Part shown: piece by piece, positions 25,660 through 39,717 of the stretch
Numbering within the stretch: position 1 is the stretch's first letter
Layout: each line of letters begins with the position of its first letter
Notes under the pieces: model-generated
The model's input: only the letters and a program-made list of their open reading frames with translations
What the model was told of the DNA's origin: nothing
Database searches by the model: none
Assembly: GCF_964194155.1 (NCBI RefSeq)
Contig: NC_135887.1
Span: 40,486,001 to 40,550,000, forward strand
DNA length: 64,000 nucleotides
Origin: Cetorhinus maximus
Lineage: Eukaryota
Direction: 5' to 3'
Position numbers and translations under genes: made by a program

Positions 25660-28600
25660 TGTGAGGTGGTCACACCGCAGGTAAAGAGTGCACAGGCAGA
25701 AAGGGAATGGGGTGACTGTCAGATTAAAAGCACTAGTCAGGTAATGCAGGAGTCCCCTGGGTCCATCTTCCTCTCTTACAGATTTTCCGTTTTGGATACT
25801 GCTGGGGGAGATGGTTTCTCAGGGGAATGCAGCAAGAGCCAAGTCCGTGGCAACACCAGTGGCTCAGCTGCACGGACAGTGGGGGGTGGGAGAATGAAGG
25901 ATAGAAAAGTAGAAAGCAAAATTGGAAGGCAGAGGAAATAATGGCTAGCAGCAAATAGGGCCATAGTACAAAAGATGATGTGTAACAATGTTAAAAAGAC
26001 ACATCTAAAGGCACTGTATCTGAATGCATGGAGCATTCGCAATAAGGTAGACAAATTAACAGCACAAATAGATGTACAATACGATTGCAATTATGGACAC
26101 ATGGCTGCAGGGTGACTAAGGCTGGGAGCTGACTATCCAAGGGTACTCAATATTCAGGATGAACAGGCAAAAGGAAAAGGAGGTGGGGTGGCATTGTTAG
26201 GTAAGGATGAAATCAGTGCGATAGTGAGAGGATTTCGGGTCATAAAATCTAGATGTAGAATCAGTCTGGGTGGAGCTAAGAATCAACAAGGGGTGGAAAA
26301 CATTAGTGGGAGGTGTCTACAGGCCTCCAAACAGTAGCGGTAAAGTAGGGGATGGCATTAAACAGGAAATTAGAGATGCATGTAACAAGGGTGCTGCAGT
26401 AATCATGGGTGACTTTAATCTACATATAGACTGGGGAAACCAAATTAGCAATAACACTGTGGCAGATGAATTCCTGAGTGTGTACAGGATGGATGTTTTG
26501 ACCAGTACATCGAGGAACCAACTAGGGAAGAGGCTATCATAGATTTGGTGTTGTCCAATGAGAAGGGGTTAATTAATAATCTTGTTGTGCGGGGTCATCT
26601 AGTGATCATAATATGATTTAATTCCTCATTAGGGTGGAAAGTGAAGTAGTCCGATCCGAAAGTAGGGCCCTAAATCTAAACAAAGGAAACTACGAAGGTA
26701 TGAGGTGCAAGTTGGCTTAGATTAGGAAACTTCATTAAAAGGCATGATGGTGGATAGGCAATGGCTAACATTTAAGGAACTAATGTATGCATTGCAACAG
26801 CTATACATTCCTTTCTGGCGCAAAAGCACAACAGGAAAAGTGGTCCAACCGTGGTTAACAAAATAAATTAAGAATAGTATTAGATCCAAAAAGGAGTCAC
26901 AAAGTTGCTAGAAAAAGTCGCAAGCCTGAGGATTGGCAGCAGTTTACAATTCAGCAAAGTAGGGCCAAGAGATTGATTAAGAGGGGAAAAATAGTGTATG
27001 AGAGTAAACTTGCAAGGAACATAAAAGTAGACTGTAAAAGCTTCTGCAAGTATGTAAAAAGAAAAAGATTAGTGAAGACAAATGTAGGTCCCTTACAGTC
27101 CGAAACAGGAGAATTTATACTAGATAACAAGGAAATGGCAGAGTAATTAAACATCTACTTTGGTTTTGTCTTCACAGAGGAAGACACAAATAACTTCCCA
27201 GAAATGCGAGGGAACCAAGGGTCCGGTTAGGAGGAGGAATTGAAGGAAATTAGTATTACTAAAACAATAGTTCTGGAGAAATTAATGGGACTGAAAGGCG
27301 ATAAATCCCCATGGCCTGACTATCCACATCCCAGGGCACTAAAGGAGATGGCCACGAAACTAGCGGATGCATTAGTCATCATCTTCCAAAATTCTACAGA
27401 TCCTGGAACAGTCCCGGCAGATTGGAGGGTGACAAATGTAACCCCACTATTTAAAGGAGGAGAAAACTGGGAATTACAGACCCATTAGCCTAGCAATAGT
27501 AGGGAAAATGCTCAAGTCTATTATAAAGGACACTTAGAAAATATCAACGGGATTAGACAAGGTCAACATGGGTTTATGAAAGGGAAATCATGTTTGATGA
27601 ACCTACTGGAGTTTTTTGAGGACATAACAAGCAGAATAAATTAGGAAGAACCAGTGGATGTGGCGTATTTGGATTTTCAGAAAGCTTTTGATAAAGTTCC
27701 ATGAGGTTGGTGTGCAAAATTAAAGCACATGGGATTGGAGGTAATACATCGGCATGGATTGAGAATTGGCTAGCAGACAGGGAACAGAGAGTAGGAATAA
27801 ATGGGTCTTTTTCAGAGTGGCGGGTGGTGACTAGTGGGATACTGCAGGGATCAGTGCTTGGGCCCCAGCTATTCACAATTTATATCAATGATTTGGATGA
27901 GGGAACCAAATGTAATATTTCCAAGTTTGCTGATGACATGAAACTTGGTGGGAGTGTGAGCAGCGAGGAGGATGTTAAGAGGTTCAAGGCGATTTAGACA
28001 AGTTGAGTGGGCAAATACATGAAAGATGCAGTATAACGTGGATAAGTGTGAAGTTATTTACTTCGGTAGGAAAAACTGAATGGCAGAGTATTATTTAAAC
28101 GGTGATAGATTGGGAAATGTTGATGTATAAAGAGACCTGGATGGGTGTCCTTGTACACCAATCACTGTAAGTAAGCATGCAGGTGCAGCAAGCAGTTAAG
28201 AAGGCAAATGGTATGTTGATGTTCATTGCAAGAGGACTTGAATACAGGAGCAAGGATGTCTTACTGCAGCTGAAAAGGGCCTTGGTGAGACCACACCTGG
28301 AGTATTGTGTGCAATTTTGGTCTCCTTACCTAAGAAGGGATATACTTGCCATCGGGGGAGTGCATTTAAGGTTCACCAGGCTGATTCCTGGGATGGCAGG
28401 ATTGTCATATGAGGAGAGGTTGGGCCAACTAGGCCTGTATTTACTGGAGTTTAGAAGAATGAGAGGGGATCTCGTTGAAATGTATAAAATTCTAACATCT
28501 GGATGCCGGGGTGATATTTCCACTGATTGGGTAGGGGGGGTCTAGAACCAGGAGTCACAGTCTCAGGATATGGAGTAGACCATTTAGGACTGAGATGAGG

Positions 28601-28762
28601 AGAAACTTCTTTACTGAGAGGGTGGTGAACCTGTGGCATTCTCTACCACAGAAGGCTGTGGAGGCCAAGTCACTGAATATATTTAAGGAGGAAACAGATA
28701 GATTTCTAGCAGGCACGAAGAGTCGAATGACCTACTTCCGCTCTTATTTTCTATGTTTTCTA
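25660..28762 (+). mobile_element. CR1-clade LINE (degenerate; partial ORF1 plus APE-RT ORF2)
   Basis: [62 protein letters not shown]; CR1-type 3' end TTTTCTATGTTTTCTAT. Confidence 0.93.
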
Positions 28763-28981
28763 TTGGTCTTGCCAGCGATGCTCACCTCCCATGAATGAAT
28801 TAAAAAATTACATGCATATTGTTTAACTTTACTGCAAGTAATGTCACAGATCATTAATATAAATCTAATTCATTGGCAATTTAAAAGATCTATGGTCAAA
28901 TGAATTCAAAAGTTGAGCTTCTGCTGAGTATTTAAATATTTTGCAAGGCAACTCATTTTGTTGTAGTTTCTCAAAACTGAC

Positions 28982-29111
28982 CTGTTTACATATTTCAGTG
29001 AGTTCGTCTGTCTGAAATGCTGCAATACAGTCCTCTTTCTTTGCCACCTGTCCTTTTGACACATTTGTAAATACGGTGTGAGTTTGAAGAACTTCATCAA
29101 GATCCTTTTCA
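28982..29111 (-). CDS. SBDS: SBDS coding exon 2
   Basis: TTTTCAG acceptor; encodes (A)[43 protein letters not shown]; 130 nt, phase fits exon 1; donor GTCAGT. Confidence 0.97.
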
Positions 29112-29344
29112 CTGAAAATGCATAGAAGTCATGTTGAGAAAGAGAGCTACATTTACTCATACATACAGAAGGAAACCACATGATCTTTCCCTTTCTAAAT
29201 ATCCCAAACTTCACTCTGAGAATATCCAACAAGATAACATTATTCCAAGTTTTCGATCACCCTATGCCTTGATCCTTTCCCTAACGCAGAATGCAAGTTA
29301 GATGACTCGACTCCTGCAATCAGAAATCAAACTTTTGCTCTTGA

Positions 29345-31790
29345 TTTTTTCATTGCGAACTGTCGGCGTGACATCGGCCATCTCAATTTCTCTGCTCCTT
29401 TCACCCACTCTAACCTGTCTCCTTCTGAACTTGCCGCATTCCAACCCTGACTTTGTTATCAAATTTGCTGACAAGGGCGGTGCTGTTGTTGTCTGGTGTA
29501 CTGACCTCTACCTCACAGAGGCTGAGTGCCAACTCACAGGCACTTCCTCCTACCTCCCCCTGGACCATGACCCCACCACCGAACATCAAGCCATTGTTTC
29601 CAGGACTGTCACTGACCTCATCTCCTCTGGAGATCCTCCCTGCACAGCTTCCAACCTCAGTCTCCCAACCTCGGACAATCCGCTTCTACCTCCTCCCCAA
29701 AATCCACAAACAGGACTATCCCGATCGTGTCAGCCTGTTTCTGCCCCACGGAACTCATTTCTTCCTATTTTGACTCCGTTCTCTCTCCCCTTGTCCAGTC
29801 TCTTCCCACCTACATCCGCGATTCCTCTGATGCCCTACATCACATCAACAATTTCCAGTTCCCTGATCCTAACCGCCTCCTCTTCACCATGGACATCTAA
29901 TCCCTCTACACCTCCATCCCCCAAAGGATGGTCTGAGGACTCTCCGCTTCTTCCTTGAACAGAGGCCCGAACAATCCCCAACCATCACCACTCTCTCTGT
30001 CTGGCTGAACTTGTTCTCTCACTGAACAATTTCTCCTTAAACTCATCTCACTTCCTCCAAATAAAAGGTGTGGCTATGGGTACCCATATGGGCCCCAGTT
30101 ATGCCTGTCTCTTTATGGGGTATGTGGAACACTCCTTGTTCCAGTCCTACTCAGGCCCTCTCCCACAACTCTTTCTCCAGTACATTGATGATTACTTCGG
30201 TGCTGCTTCATGCTCTCATCTGGACCTGGAAAAATTTATTAATTTTGCTTCCAATTTCCACCCCTCCATCACTTTCACATGGTCCATCACTGACACTTCC
30301 CTTCCCTTCCTTGACCTCTCTGTCTCAATTTCTGGTGATAGACTGTCCACCAATATTCATTACAAGCCCACCGACTCCCACAGCTACCTCAACTACAACT
30401 CCTCACACCCTGCTTCCTATAAGGACTCCATCCCATTCTCTCAGTTCCTTTGCCTCCGTCGCATCTGTTCCGATGATGCCACTTTCAAAAACAGTTCCTC
30501 TGACATGTCTTCCTTCTTCCTTAACCGAGGTTTCCCACCCACGGTGGTCTCCGGGCCCTCAACCGTGTCCAACCCATCTCCCGCACCTCTGCCCTCACAC
30601 CTTCCTCTCCCTCCTGGAACCATGATAGGGTCCCCCTTGTCCTCACTTTTCACCTCACCAGCCTCCGCATTCAAAGGATCCTCCGCCATTTCCGCCAACT
30701 CCAGCATGATGCCACCACCAACCATATCTTCCCTTCACCCCCCCCCCACCCCGGTCAGCATTCCGTAGGGACCGTTCCCTCCGGAACATCCTGGTCCATT
30801 CCTCCATCATCCCCTACACCTCAACCCCCTCCCACGGCACCTTCCCATGCAATCGCAGAAGGTGCAACACTTGCCCCTTTAGTTCCCCCCTCCTCACCGT
30901 CCAAGGGCCCAAACACTCTTTTCAAGTGAAGCAGCGCCTCACTTGCACTTCCCTCAATTTGGTCTACTGCATTCGCTGCTCCCAATGCGGTCTCCTCTAC
31001 ATTGGAGAGACCAAACGCAGACTGGGTGACCGCTTTGCGGAACACCTTCGGTCTGTCCACAAGCACGACCCAGACCTTCCTGTCGCTTGGCATTTCAACA
31101 CACCACCCTGCTCTCATGCCCACATGTCTGTCCTTGGCCTGCTGCAATGTTTCAGTGAAGCTCAACGTAAACTGAAGGAACAGCACCTCATTTTCCGATT
31201 AGGCAATTTACAGTCTTCTGGTCTTAACACTGAGTTCAACAACTTCAGATCATGAACACTCTCCTCCATCCTCACCCCTTTTTTCAATATTTATCTTTTA
31301 ATTTATATATTTTTCCCCCACCTATTTCTATTATTATTTTAAAAAATTTATTTCCAATCATTGTTTTATCCCCACCTTTTAGCCTATTTCAATCTTTTTT
31401 CCCACACTGTCCCCTCTCCCCACCCCACCCCACCAAGATCATCCGTCACTTGCTCATCCTGCTTTCTACTCTTAATGTCACCATTAGCACCTCCTTTAGC
31501 CAGTATCACCACCGTCAACACCCCTTTGTTTATGACATCTTCTGCAATCTCTCCTTTGCCTTCACCTATCGCTGGCCTTCTATCCAGCTTCACCTGCTCC
31601 ACCCCCCTTAAACAGTATATGTTTCACCACATTTCTACTTCTCTTCAGTTCTGAAGAAGAGTCATACGGACTCGAAACGTTAACTCTGTCCTTCTCTCCA
31701 CAGATGCTGTCAGACCTGCTGAGCTTTTCCAGCAATTTTTGTTTTTGTTTCAGATTTCCAGCATCCGCAGTATTTTGCTTTTATTCTATA
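29345..31790 (+). mobile_element. Penelope-like element (family P1; RT plus GIY-YIG), 5'-truncated, in SBDS intron 1
   Basis: ADKGGAVVV, FYLLPKIHK, GVAMGTHMGPSYA, YIDD, LPFLDL, YKPTDSH; GIY-YIG NLVYCIRC..LYIGETKRRL; terminal repeat with hammerhead-like motif. Confidence 0.93.
31647..31685 (+). ncRNA. Minimal hammerhead ribozyme-like motif in the P1 terminus
   Basis: AGTT-CTGAAGA-A-GAGTC(ATACG)GACTC-GAAAC-GTT-AACT: stem I, CUGANGA, stem II, GAAA, palindromic ACGT in place of helix III. Confidence 0.7.
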
Positions 31791-32018
31791 TTAAGTGCTG
31801 CTTTTGATTCACATTTTACAGAAATATGCACCAGTAAGAAAGATGGATATTTCCTTACATGTGACTTTCTAGATCAAAGGATTGAATATCCCTTCTATTG
31901 GGTTGCAACAAGAATCACTAATACAATTATAAAATATGCTCCCAATGATTTGACTTAATTCTATTTATGAAGTAAAATATAAATTGCCAGTTCTGTTGCT
32001 GGGGAATCGGGATACTCA

Positions 32019-32755
<737 letters not shown>

Positions 32756-32760
<5 letters not shown>

Positions 32761-33995
32761 GGGAGGGGTTAGTGTTCAAGGTTTTTTTTGGGTGGGGGGG
32801 GGTAGTCAGTGTCCAAGATTTTTTTGGAGGTGGGGGGTAGTCAGTGTCCAAGTTTTTTTTTGGGGGGGGGGGGGGGTAGTCAGTGTCCAAGTTTTTTTTT
32901 GGGGGGGGGGGTAGTCAGTGTCCAAGTTTTTTTGGGGGGTGGGGGTAGTTAGTGTCCAAGTTTTGGGGGGGGGGGGGGTAGTCAGTGTCCAAGGTTGGTT
33001 GGGGGTGGGGGGGGTAGTCAGTGTCCAAGGTTGGGGGGGGAGTCAGTGTCCAAGGTTGGGGGCGGAGGGGTAGTCAGTGTCCAAGGTTGGGGTGGGGTAG
33101 TCAGTGTCCAAGGTCAGGGTGGGGCAGTCAGTGTCCAAGGAGTGGGTGGGGAGCTGGGTTAGTCAGTGTCCAAGGTGGGGGTGGGGTAGTCTGTTCAAGG
33201 TTGGGGGGGGGGCGGTGGGCGGTAGTCAGTGTCCAAGGTTGGGGTTGGTAATCAGTGTCCAAGGTTGGGGTGGGGTAGGGTCAGTGTCCAAGGTGGGGGT
33301 TTGCAGGGGGTGCCTGGTCAGTGACCAAGGTTGGGGAGATGGCGTGGGGGGTGGCGGGGTCAGTTTCCAGGTTTTGGTGGGGGGAAGGTGGGATCAGTGT
33401 CCAGGTTTGGGGGGAAGGGGGGGTGGGGTCAGTGTCCAAGGTTGAGGGTTTGTGGGGGGGGTCAGTGTCCAAGGTTGCCGGGGGTCAGTGACCAAGGTTG
33501 TGGGTTTGTGAGGGGGGGGGTCAGTGTCCAAGGTTGGAGAGAAGGGGGGAGTCAGTGTCTAATGTTGGGGAGAAGGTGTGAGGGGGGTAGGGTCAGTGTC
33601 CAGGTTTGGGGAGAAGGTGTGAGGGTGGTGTCAGTGTCCAGGTTTGGGGGGAAGGTTGGTGGGCTGGGGTCAGTGTCCAGGTTTGTGGGAGTTGGTGAGT
33701 GCCCAGGTTTAGGGGGCGGAGAGGGTGTAAGTGTCCAGCTTTGGGGGGTGGAAAGTAGAGGTCAGTGTCCAGGTTTGGGGGCGGAGGAGGATCAGTGTCC
33801 AGGTTTAGGGGGTGGGCATCAGTATCCAGGTTTTGAGGTGGTCAGTATCTAATTTTAGGAAACTTTGGGAGGGTGGGGTGGTGTTGGTTAGCATCCAGAC
33901 GTAGGGGCTGTGGTGGTCAGTGTCTAGATTTAGGTAGTGGCCTGTGTCCAGGTTGATGGGGAGTGGGGTTTGGGAGAGATGGTCAATGTCCAGGT
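32756..33995. repeat. G-rich minisatellite (~28-35 bp unit)
   Basis: Roughly 35-40 copies of (GTA)GTCAGTGTCCA(A)GGTT separated by G-runs, degenerating to the right. Confidence 0.93.
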
Positions 33996-34814
33996 AAGGA
34001 GGAGACTTCAAAGTTAAATAAATGACTCACTAAGTCATGAGGAATTGGGCATTGAATCAGTGGAAGGTAGATTAAGAAGAGTGACTAAAAACATGGCCAA
34101 GGAGTTGGATTTTAAGCTCTTAAAGGAGAAGAGAGAGATGGATGGTTTAGGAAAAAAATTCTCTAAATGCAATCTAGCCGGCTGAAGGCATGATCGCCAA
34201 TGACACGAGAGAAATTCAGGAGTCCAGTCAGAGGAATGGGGAGTTCATTGGAGGGATTGGGGATAAAGAGGCTGGAATTGGTTGTAAGACTTGAGGAGAT
34301 TGGGACCATGGAATTAAGGTGAGTTTTTAAAGAAGAGGTGATGATGATAATATTGAAAGAAGGTGGCAGGTCTTGAAGCGAAAAATTAATTTATAGTATT
34401 GCATTGCATGGTGGCTTGGAAGGGAAGTTGGCTGCTCAGTTGGAGTGGTGTTGAGGGAACAGGAGGTTGGTCTTATGGAGGAGGTGAACTTGGAGGTGAT
34501 AAGGAAGAAATTAGAGGGATATTGAATTTAGGATTGGAGTGACAAGAAGAATGTGGGAAGGTTTAACTTAATGCCACGCTGGGATGAATGACAACCACCT
34601 GTACTGTTTGATTCTACCTCTGCTTGTCTTTGAAGGGAGGGCTTTTTAAGAACGAAAAGAGACACTAGATAGTCAGAAAAGAAACAAAGGCTGCAAAATA
34701 AGCGAGCAGAGAGGGTACTACAGAAAAATAACATTTGCTGTTAGCGGGACAAACTGCAGACTGAACAAACTGAACATGGACATTCTTTATTTTTGTAACA
34801 ATACTGAAACACAA

Positions 34815-34925
34815 CTAAAATAAAAACAGAAAGTGCTGGAAAAACTCAGCAGGTTTGACTGCATCTGAGGAGAGAGAAACAGAGTTAACATTTCAAGTCT
34901 AATATGACTCTTCTTCAGAACTGGA
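34815..34925 (-). mobile_element. P1 terminal-repeat fragment
   Basis: Reverse complement of 31645-31750. Confidence 0.8.
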
Positions 34926-35567
34926 ACACAACCAAATGTACTAAGCGACTTTAGTTGTACTCACTGTCTTATATGTGGAAAAAACAGCTGACAAACTGAA
35001 CCCTTGCTCAGTGTTAATTTAATCCATTGAGAAATTAAAGGTGTTTAAACAAATATAAAGACAGAGATGAGGTCCGGATTACAAGGGAGTTTAATTGTTA
35101 CGTTCCAAGCTAGTGGTTAGCTGTGGGCCAACTTTCATAAAAAGCAGGCAAACAGACTACTTAAAGGAACAATTTACTTCACTTTCCCTTAGTAGATTGC
35201 TGCAACAGATCTGAATCAATAATTTCAATTCATCTTTACTAATGTTCCAGTACCAGTTTATACTATTATACGCTGTAGCACAAGAGATGCTTCAAAGAAC
35301 AAATTACCAGATCCCAGCACAGTTGTGGTAAACTGGCTTTGGGTCTGTCTAGTGGAGGTCATAAAGGATTGAAATGTCAGGGTTCAGTGTCAGGAGATGG
35401 AGACTGACTGGGAGAAAATGGCATGTGAGGGAACAGAATTGGACTCTGGTGGAGGGATGAAAGGTTAAGGAAAGGGGAGTGGATTGGGTGTAAACCATCA
35501 GGACAACAAAGCTGTATCTGACTAATATTTTTAATGACAGCATGTTTTTAATGCAGACCATTTGGGT

Positions 35568-38398
35568 GGTCAAGAAAATTTAAGAATTTTCATAATGTTA
35601 TTGGAATTTATTGTAAGGTAGGAATAATGTGTGTGTAGGGGGGACTTAAATGAAATAAAGACCTGGAGGCTTTGATGTATCAGAAGAGAAGCTAGGTTTG
35701 AAATGTTAAATAGATAAACATGGCTGAAGTTTTAGAATGTGAGGTATAAAGGAAAAATTTGCATTTTTAGATAAACCAGAATATTTTGAATTTCAGAAGA
35801 GGTGGTGAAATGTTACACTTAGCCAGAAGAAGCCAAACAATGTGTTTAATTTTCCCTAAGCTTACTGATAAAATTGATACTATGAAAGATTTTTATTATT
35901 AGAAAAGTAGAGTTGAAAAGTCATATTGGGACAATTAAGAAGGCAGAAACCTGTATAAAGGAGATGGGGTTATGAGTAAGAGTTCAATGAAGAGTGCAGG
36001 AGGGCATGCCAGGAGCAGCACCAGGCATACCTAAAAATGAGGTGTCAACCTGGTGAAGCTATAAAACAGGATTACTTGCATGCCAAACAGCATAAGCAGC
36101 AAGTGATAGACAGAGCTAAGCGATCCCAGAACCAACAGATCAGATCTAAGCTCTGCAGTCCAGCTACATCCAGTCGTGAATGGTGGTGGACAATTAAACA
36201 ACTCACTTGAGGAGGTGGCTTCACAAATATCCCCATCCTCAATGATGGGGGAGCCCAGCACATCAGTGCAAAAGATAAGGCTGAAGCATTTGCAACAATC
36301 TTCAGCCAGAAATGCCGAGTGGATGATCCATCTCGGCCTCCTCCGGAGGTCCCCAGCATCACAGATGCCAGTCTTCAGCCAATTCGATTCACTTCACGTG
36401 ATATCAAGAAACGGCTGAAGGCACTGGAAACTGCAAAGGCCCTAACAACATTCCGGCAATAGTACTGAAGACTTGTGCTCCAGAACTTGCTGTGCCCCTA
36501 GCCAAGCTGTTCCAGTACTGCTATAACACTGACATCTACCAGGCTATGTGGAAAATTGCCCAGGTATGTCCTGTACACAAAAAGCTGGACAAATCCAACC
36601 CAGCCAATTACCGCCTCATCAGTCTACTCTTGATCATCAGTAAAGAAATGGAAGTGGTCATCAACAGTGCTATCAAGCGGCACTTGCTTAGCAATAACCT
36701 GCTCACTGATGCCCAGTTTGGATTCCACCAGGACCACTCAGCTCCTGACCTCGTTACAGACTTGGTTCAAACATGGACAAAAGAGCTGAACTCCCGAGGT
36801 GAGGTGAGAGTGACTGCCCTTGACATCAAGGCAGCATTTGACCAAGTGTGGCATCAAGGAGCCCTAGCAAAAGTGGAGTCAATGGGAATCAGGGGGAAAA
36901 CTCTCCACCGATTGAGTCATACCTAGCACAAAGGAAGATGGCTGTGGTTGCTGGAGGTCAATCATCTCAACTCCAGGACATCACTTCAGGAGTTCCTCAG
37001 GGCCCAACCATCTTCAGCTGCTTCATCAATGACCTTCCCTCCATCATAAGGTCAGAAGGGGGGATGTTTGCTGATGATTGCACAATATTCAGCACCATTC
37101 GCGACTCCTCAGAAACTGAAGCAGTCCATGTACAAATGCAGCAAGACCTGGACAATATCCAGGTTTGGGCAAGTAACATTCACACCACACAAGTGTCAGG
37201 CAATGACCATCCCCAACAAGAGAGAGTCTAACCATCATCCCTTGATGTTCAATGGCATTACCATCACTGAAACCCCCACTATCAACATCCTGGGGGTTAC
37301 CATTGACCAGAAACTGAACTAGACTAGCCATATTAATACTGTGGCTACAAGAGCAAGTCAGAGGCTGGGAATCTTGTGGCGAGTAACTTACCTCCTGACT
37401 CGCCAAAGCCTGTCCACCACCTACAAGGCACAAGTCAGGAGTGTGATGGAATACTCCCCACTTGCCTGGATGAGTGCAGCTCGTACAACACCGAAGAAGC
37501 TGGACACCATCCAGGACAAAACAGTCCGCTTGATTGGCACCACATCCACAAACATTCACTCCCTCCACCACCGACGCACAGTAGCAGCAGTGTGCACCAT
37601 CTACAAGATGCACTGCAGGAATTCACCAAGGTTCCTTAGACAGCACCTTCCAAACCCACGACCACTGCCAGCTAGAAGGACAAGGACAGCAGATAGATGG
37701 GAACACTCGCACCTGGAAGTTCGCCTCCAAGTCACTCACCATCCTGACTTGGAAATATATCGCCATTCCTTCACTGTCGCTGGGTCAAAATTCTGGAACT
37801 CCCTTCCTAACAGCACTGTGGGTATACCTACACCACATTGACTTCAGTGGTTTAAGAAGGCAGCTCACCACCACCTCCTCAAGGGCAACTAGGGATGGGT
37901 AATAAATGCTGGCTCAACCAGCGAAGCCCACATCCCGTGAATGAATTAAAAAAAAGAGAAAGGAATTCTAAGATCTAACAAGTGTGAAAAGCCTCCAGCC
38001 TCTCAGCCTCAAATTGCTGCATACACAAACTGAAGTGAAGAAAACTCAATTTGAATTCAACTGTTTAGGGCATCGTGTTACTTTGCTTGGATATTTTAAA
38101 ATCTGCGTTTTACTGTTGCCTTAACAGAGGTGTAACTCGGAGTTAGATTAACTGGAGGAGCTAGGAATTATCATAGTAGTAATTTGTAAACCTATGTATG
38201 TGTTTAAAACCATTTTTATTTTAATAAAGGCTTAATTTAGTTTTGTAAGAGACCTATAAGATTCAGTGGTCTTATTACTACGGAATTCAAGGCATGCATC
38301 TCAAAATAAATATAAATTGTAAAATAGTTGTGCCATTTGTTTCAAGTTTCCCTCTGGATCTGAACAGCTCAGCATTTACCATCCACTGTGCTATAACA
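35568..38398 (+). mobile_element. Related solo LTR split by the family A LINE
   Basis: 38220-38398 resembles the reverse complement of 40049-40230 (AGGGAAACTTGA shared) and ends ATAACA; the 35568 end resembles the reverse complement of the 41034 end; left boundary approximate. Confidence 0.65.
35980..37955 (+). mobile_element. Family A LINE, 5'-truncated copy inside a solo LTR
   Basis: RT motifs ANYRLISLL, QFGF, ALDIKAAFDQVWH, FADD; ends CCCACATCCCGTGAATGAATTAAAAAAA. Confidence 0.92.
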
Positions 38399-39717
38399 GG
38401 CTGTATGAAATCTGCAGAATACAAGTTGAGCTATTGCTATCTTAAACCGGAAGATAACCATGAAAAAACAGAAAAAATACACCATGGATAAAATACTGCA
38501 TATTTTTCAGATCATTGCCCCCCCCCCCCCCCACCACCCCCAATTCAGATAAGTGCTCGACTGACAGCTCACTCATAAAACCCATACTCACAGCATGTGT
38601 CACGGGAGCGGTTGCCAGGTCCTTGCCTCCTCCTCCTCCTTCCATAGACTGTGTGGAGCTCACCCAGAAGACATGCCAACCCTGTGTTAAGCATGTCGGC
38701 ATCTTTATTATTCAATGGTGCTGTTCAGAGTGTTTGCCATCAATCAGCCCACATTTGTCCTTTAGCTAGACAACCTTGTACAACTAACTCTGTCCGATGA
38801 CAGTGACTGTGAGGTGCAACACAGGCCTTGCACCGGTTGTTCTTGTAACACAGCCAAGCTGAAGTGAGTAGGAAGTTCACTTTATTCCACTTGAATGTGC
38901 TAACTTATGTGACCTTTTGCATCTTTCCTTTGAGCGGGGTGGACACCTCATCATAGATGGAAAGTGGTGTCAAACTTTTACTGCACCGTGCTAGGCATCT
39001 CTGAAAGACCACTAAAGTCTCCTGAATAAAATGACTCTTTAAACCTGGACTGTACTGAGGTATGCACTCTAGTTGGTTTCTCATACAGGGTCAGCTAGTT
39101 GAATCTGTTTGAGTTCCACTTTATATGCATTACTTTGTTCCCCTCAACAACTGGATACTGAATGATGTTCAGTGAATGCTTTGTAACTCTGCACATTGTT
39201 CATTTTAAGATCTAACCTGTCACAGGAATCTTTGGCATCATCGTTCTATGACATGTTCGGCTGCACCAGCAGAATCTCATGGCCCAATTAGCTGGCTCAG
39301 TAAGTCCCTCAATGGACAGATGATGTGGGGTAACTGACTTATCAGCCATGTGTCAGTTTCCCAATGCTGCAAGAGCGCAAAGTGATTGGCATTCTCAACC
39401 AATTCATATATAATTGTTTTGTATTTGTGGTTCTATGGCCCCATGCTGAAATGGTCATGAACAATCCCTAGAAGTTGATTTGCCAACATGAATTAACTTA
39501 TTTGTTCTGTGGACACTGTTTTCTCTCCCTCCTACCATAGCTTTCATAGCACTTACCTTTCTAGGTAATTCTTTGTCTGTACAATTAGGCTCTTAGTGTC
39601 CCATCCTACACCTGTCCTATAAGGCTCTTGTGTCAGATCAGATCAGCTAATGTAGGTCAACTCCTATGGCATGTTTTACAGTAATGCAGCCCATTCAGAG
39701 TTGTGGTTTTGTGTGTA

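Noticed and set aside
29302-31255. Domesticated RT or GIY-YIG gene
   Set aside because: Multiple frameshifts and stops; a typical decayed Penelope-like copy.
33021-33852. Gly-rich ORFs
   Set aside because: Translations of the G-rich minisatellite with no recognisable homology.
38780-38900. Cys-rich remnant (CTGCSCNTAKLK) suggesting a transposase C-terminus
   Set aside because: Too short and interrupted to support without a search.
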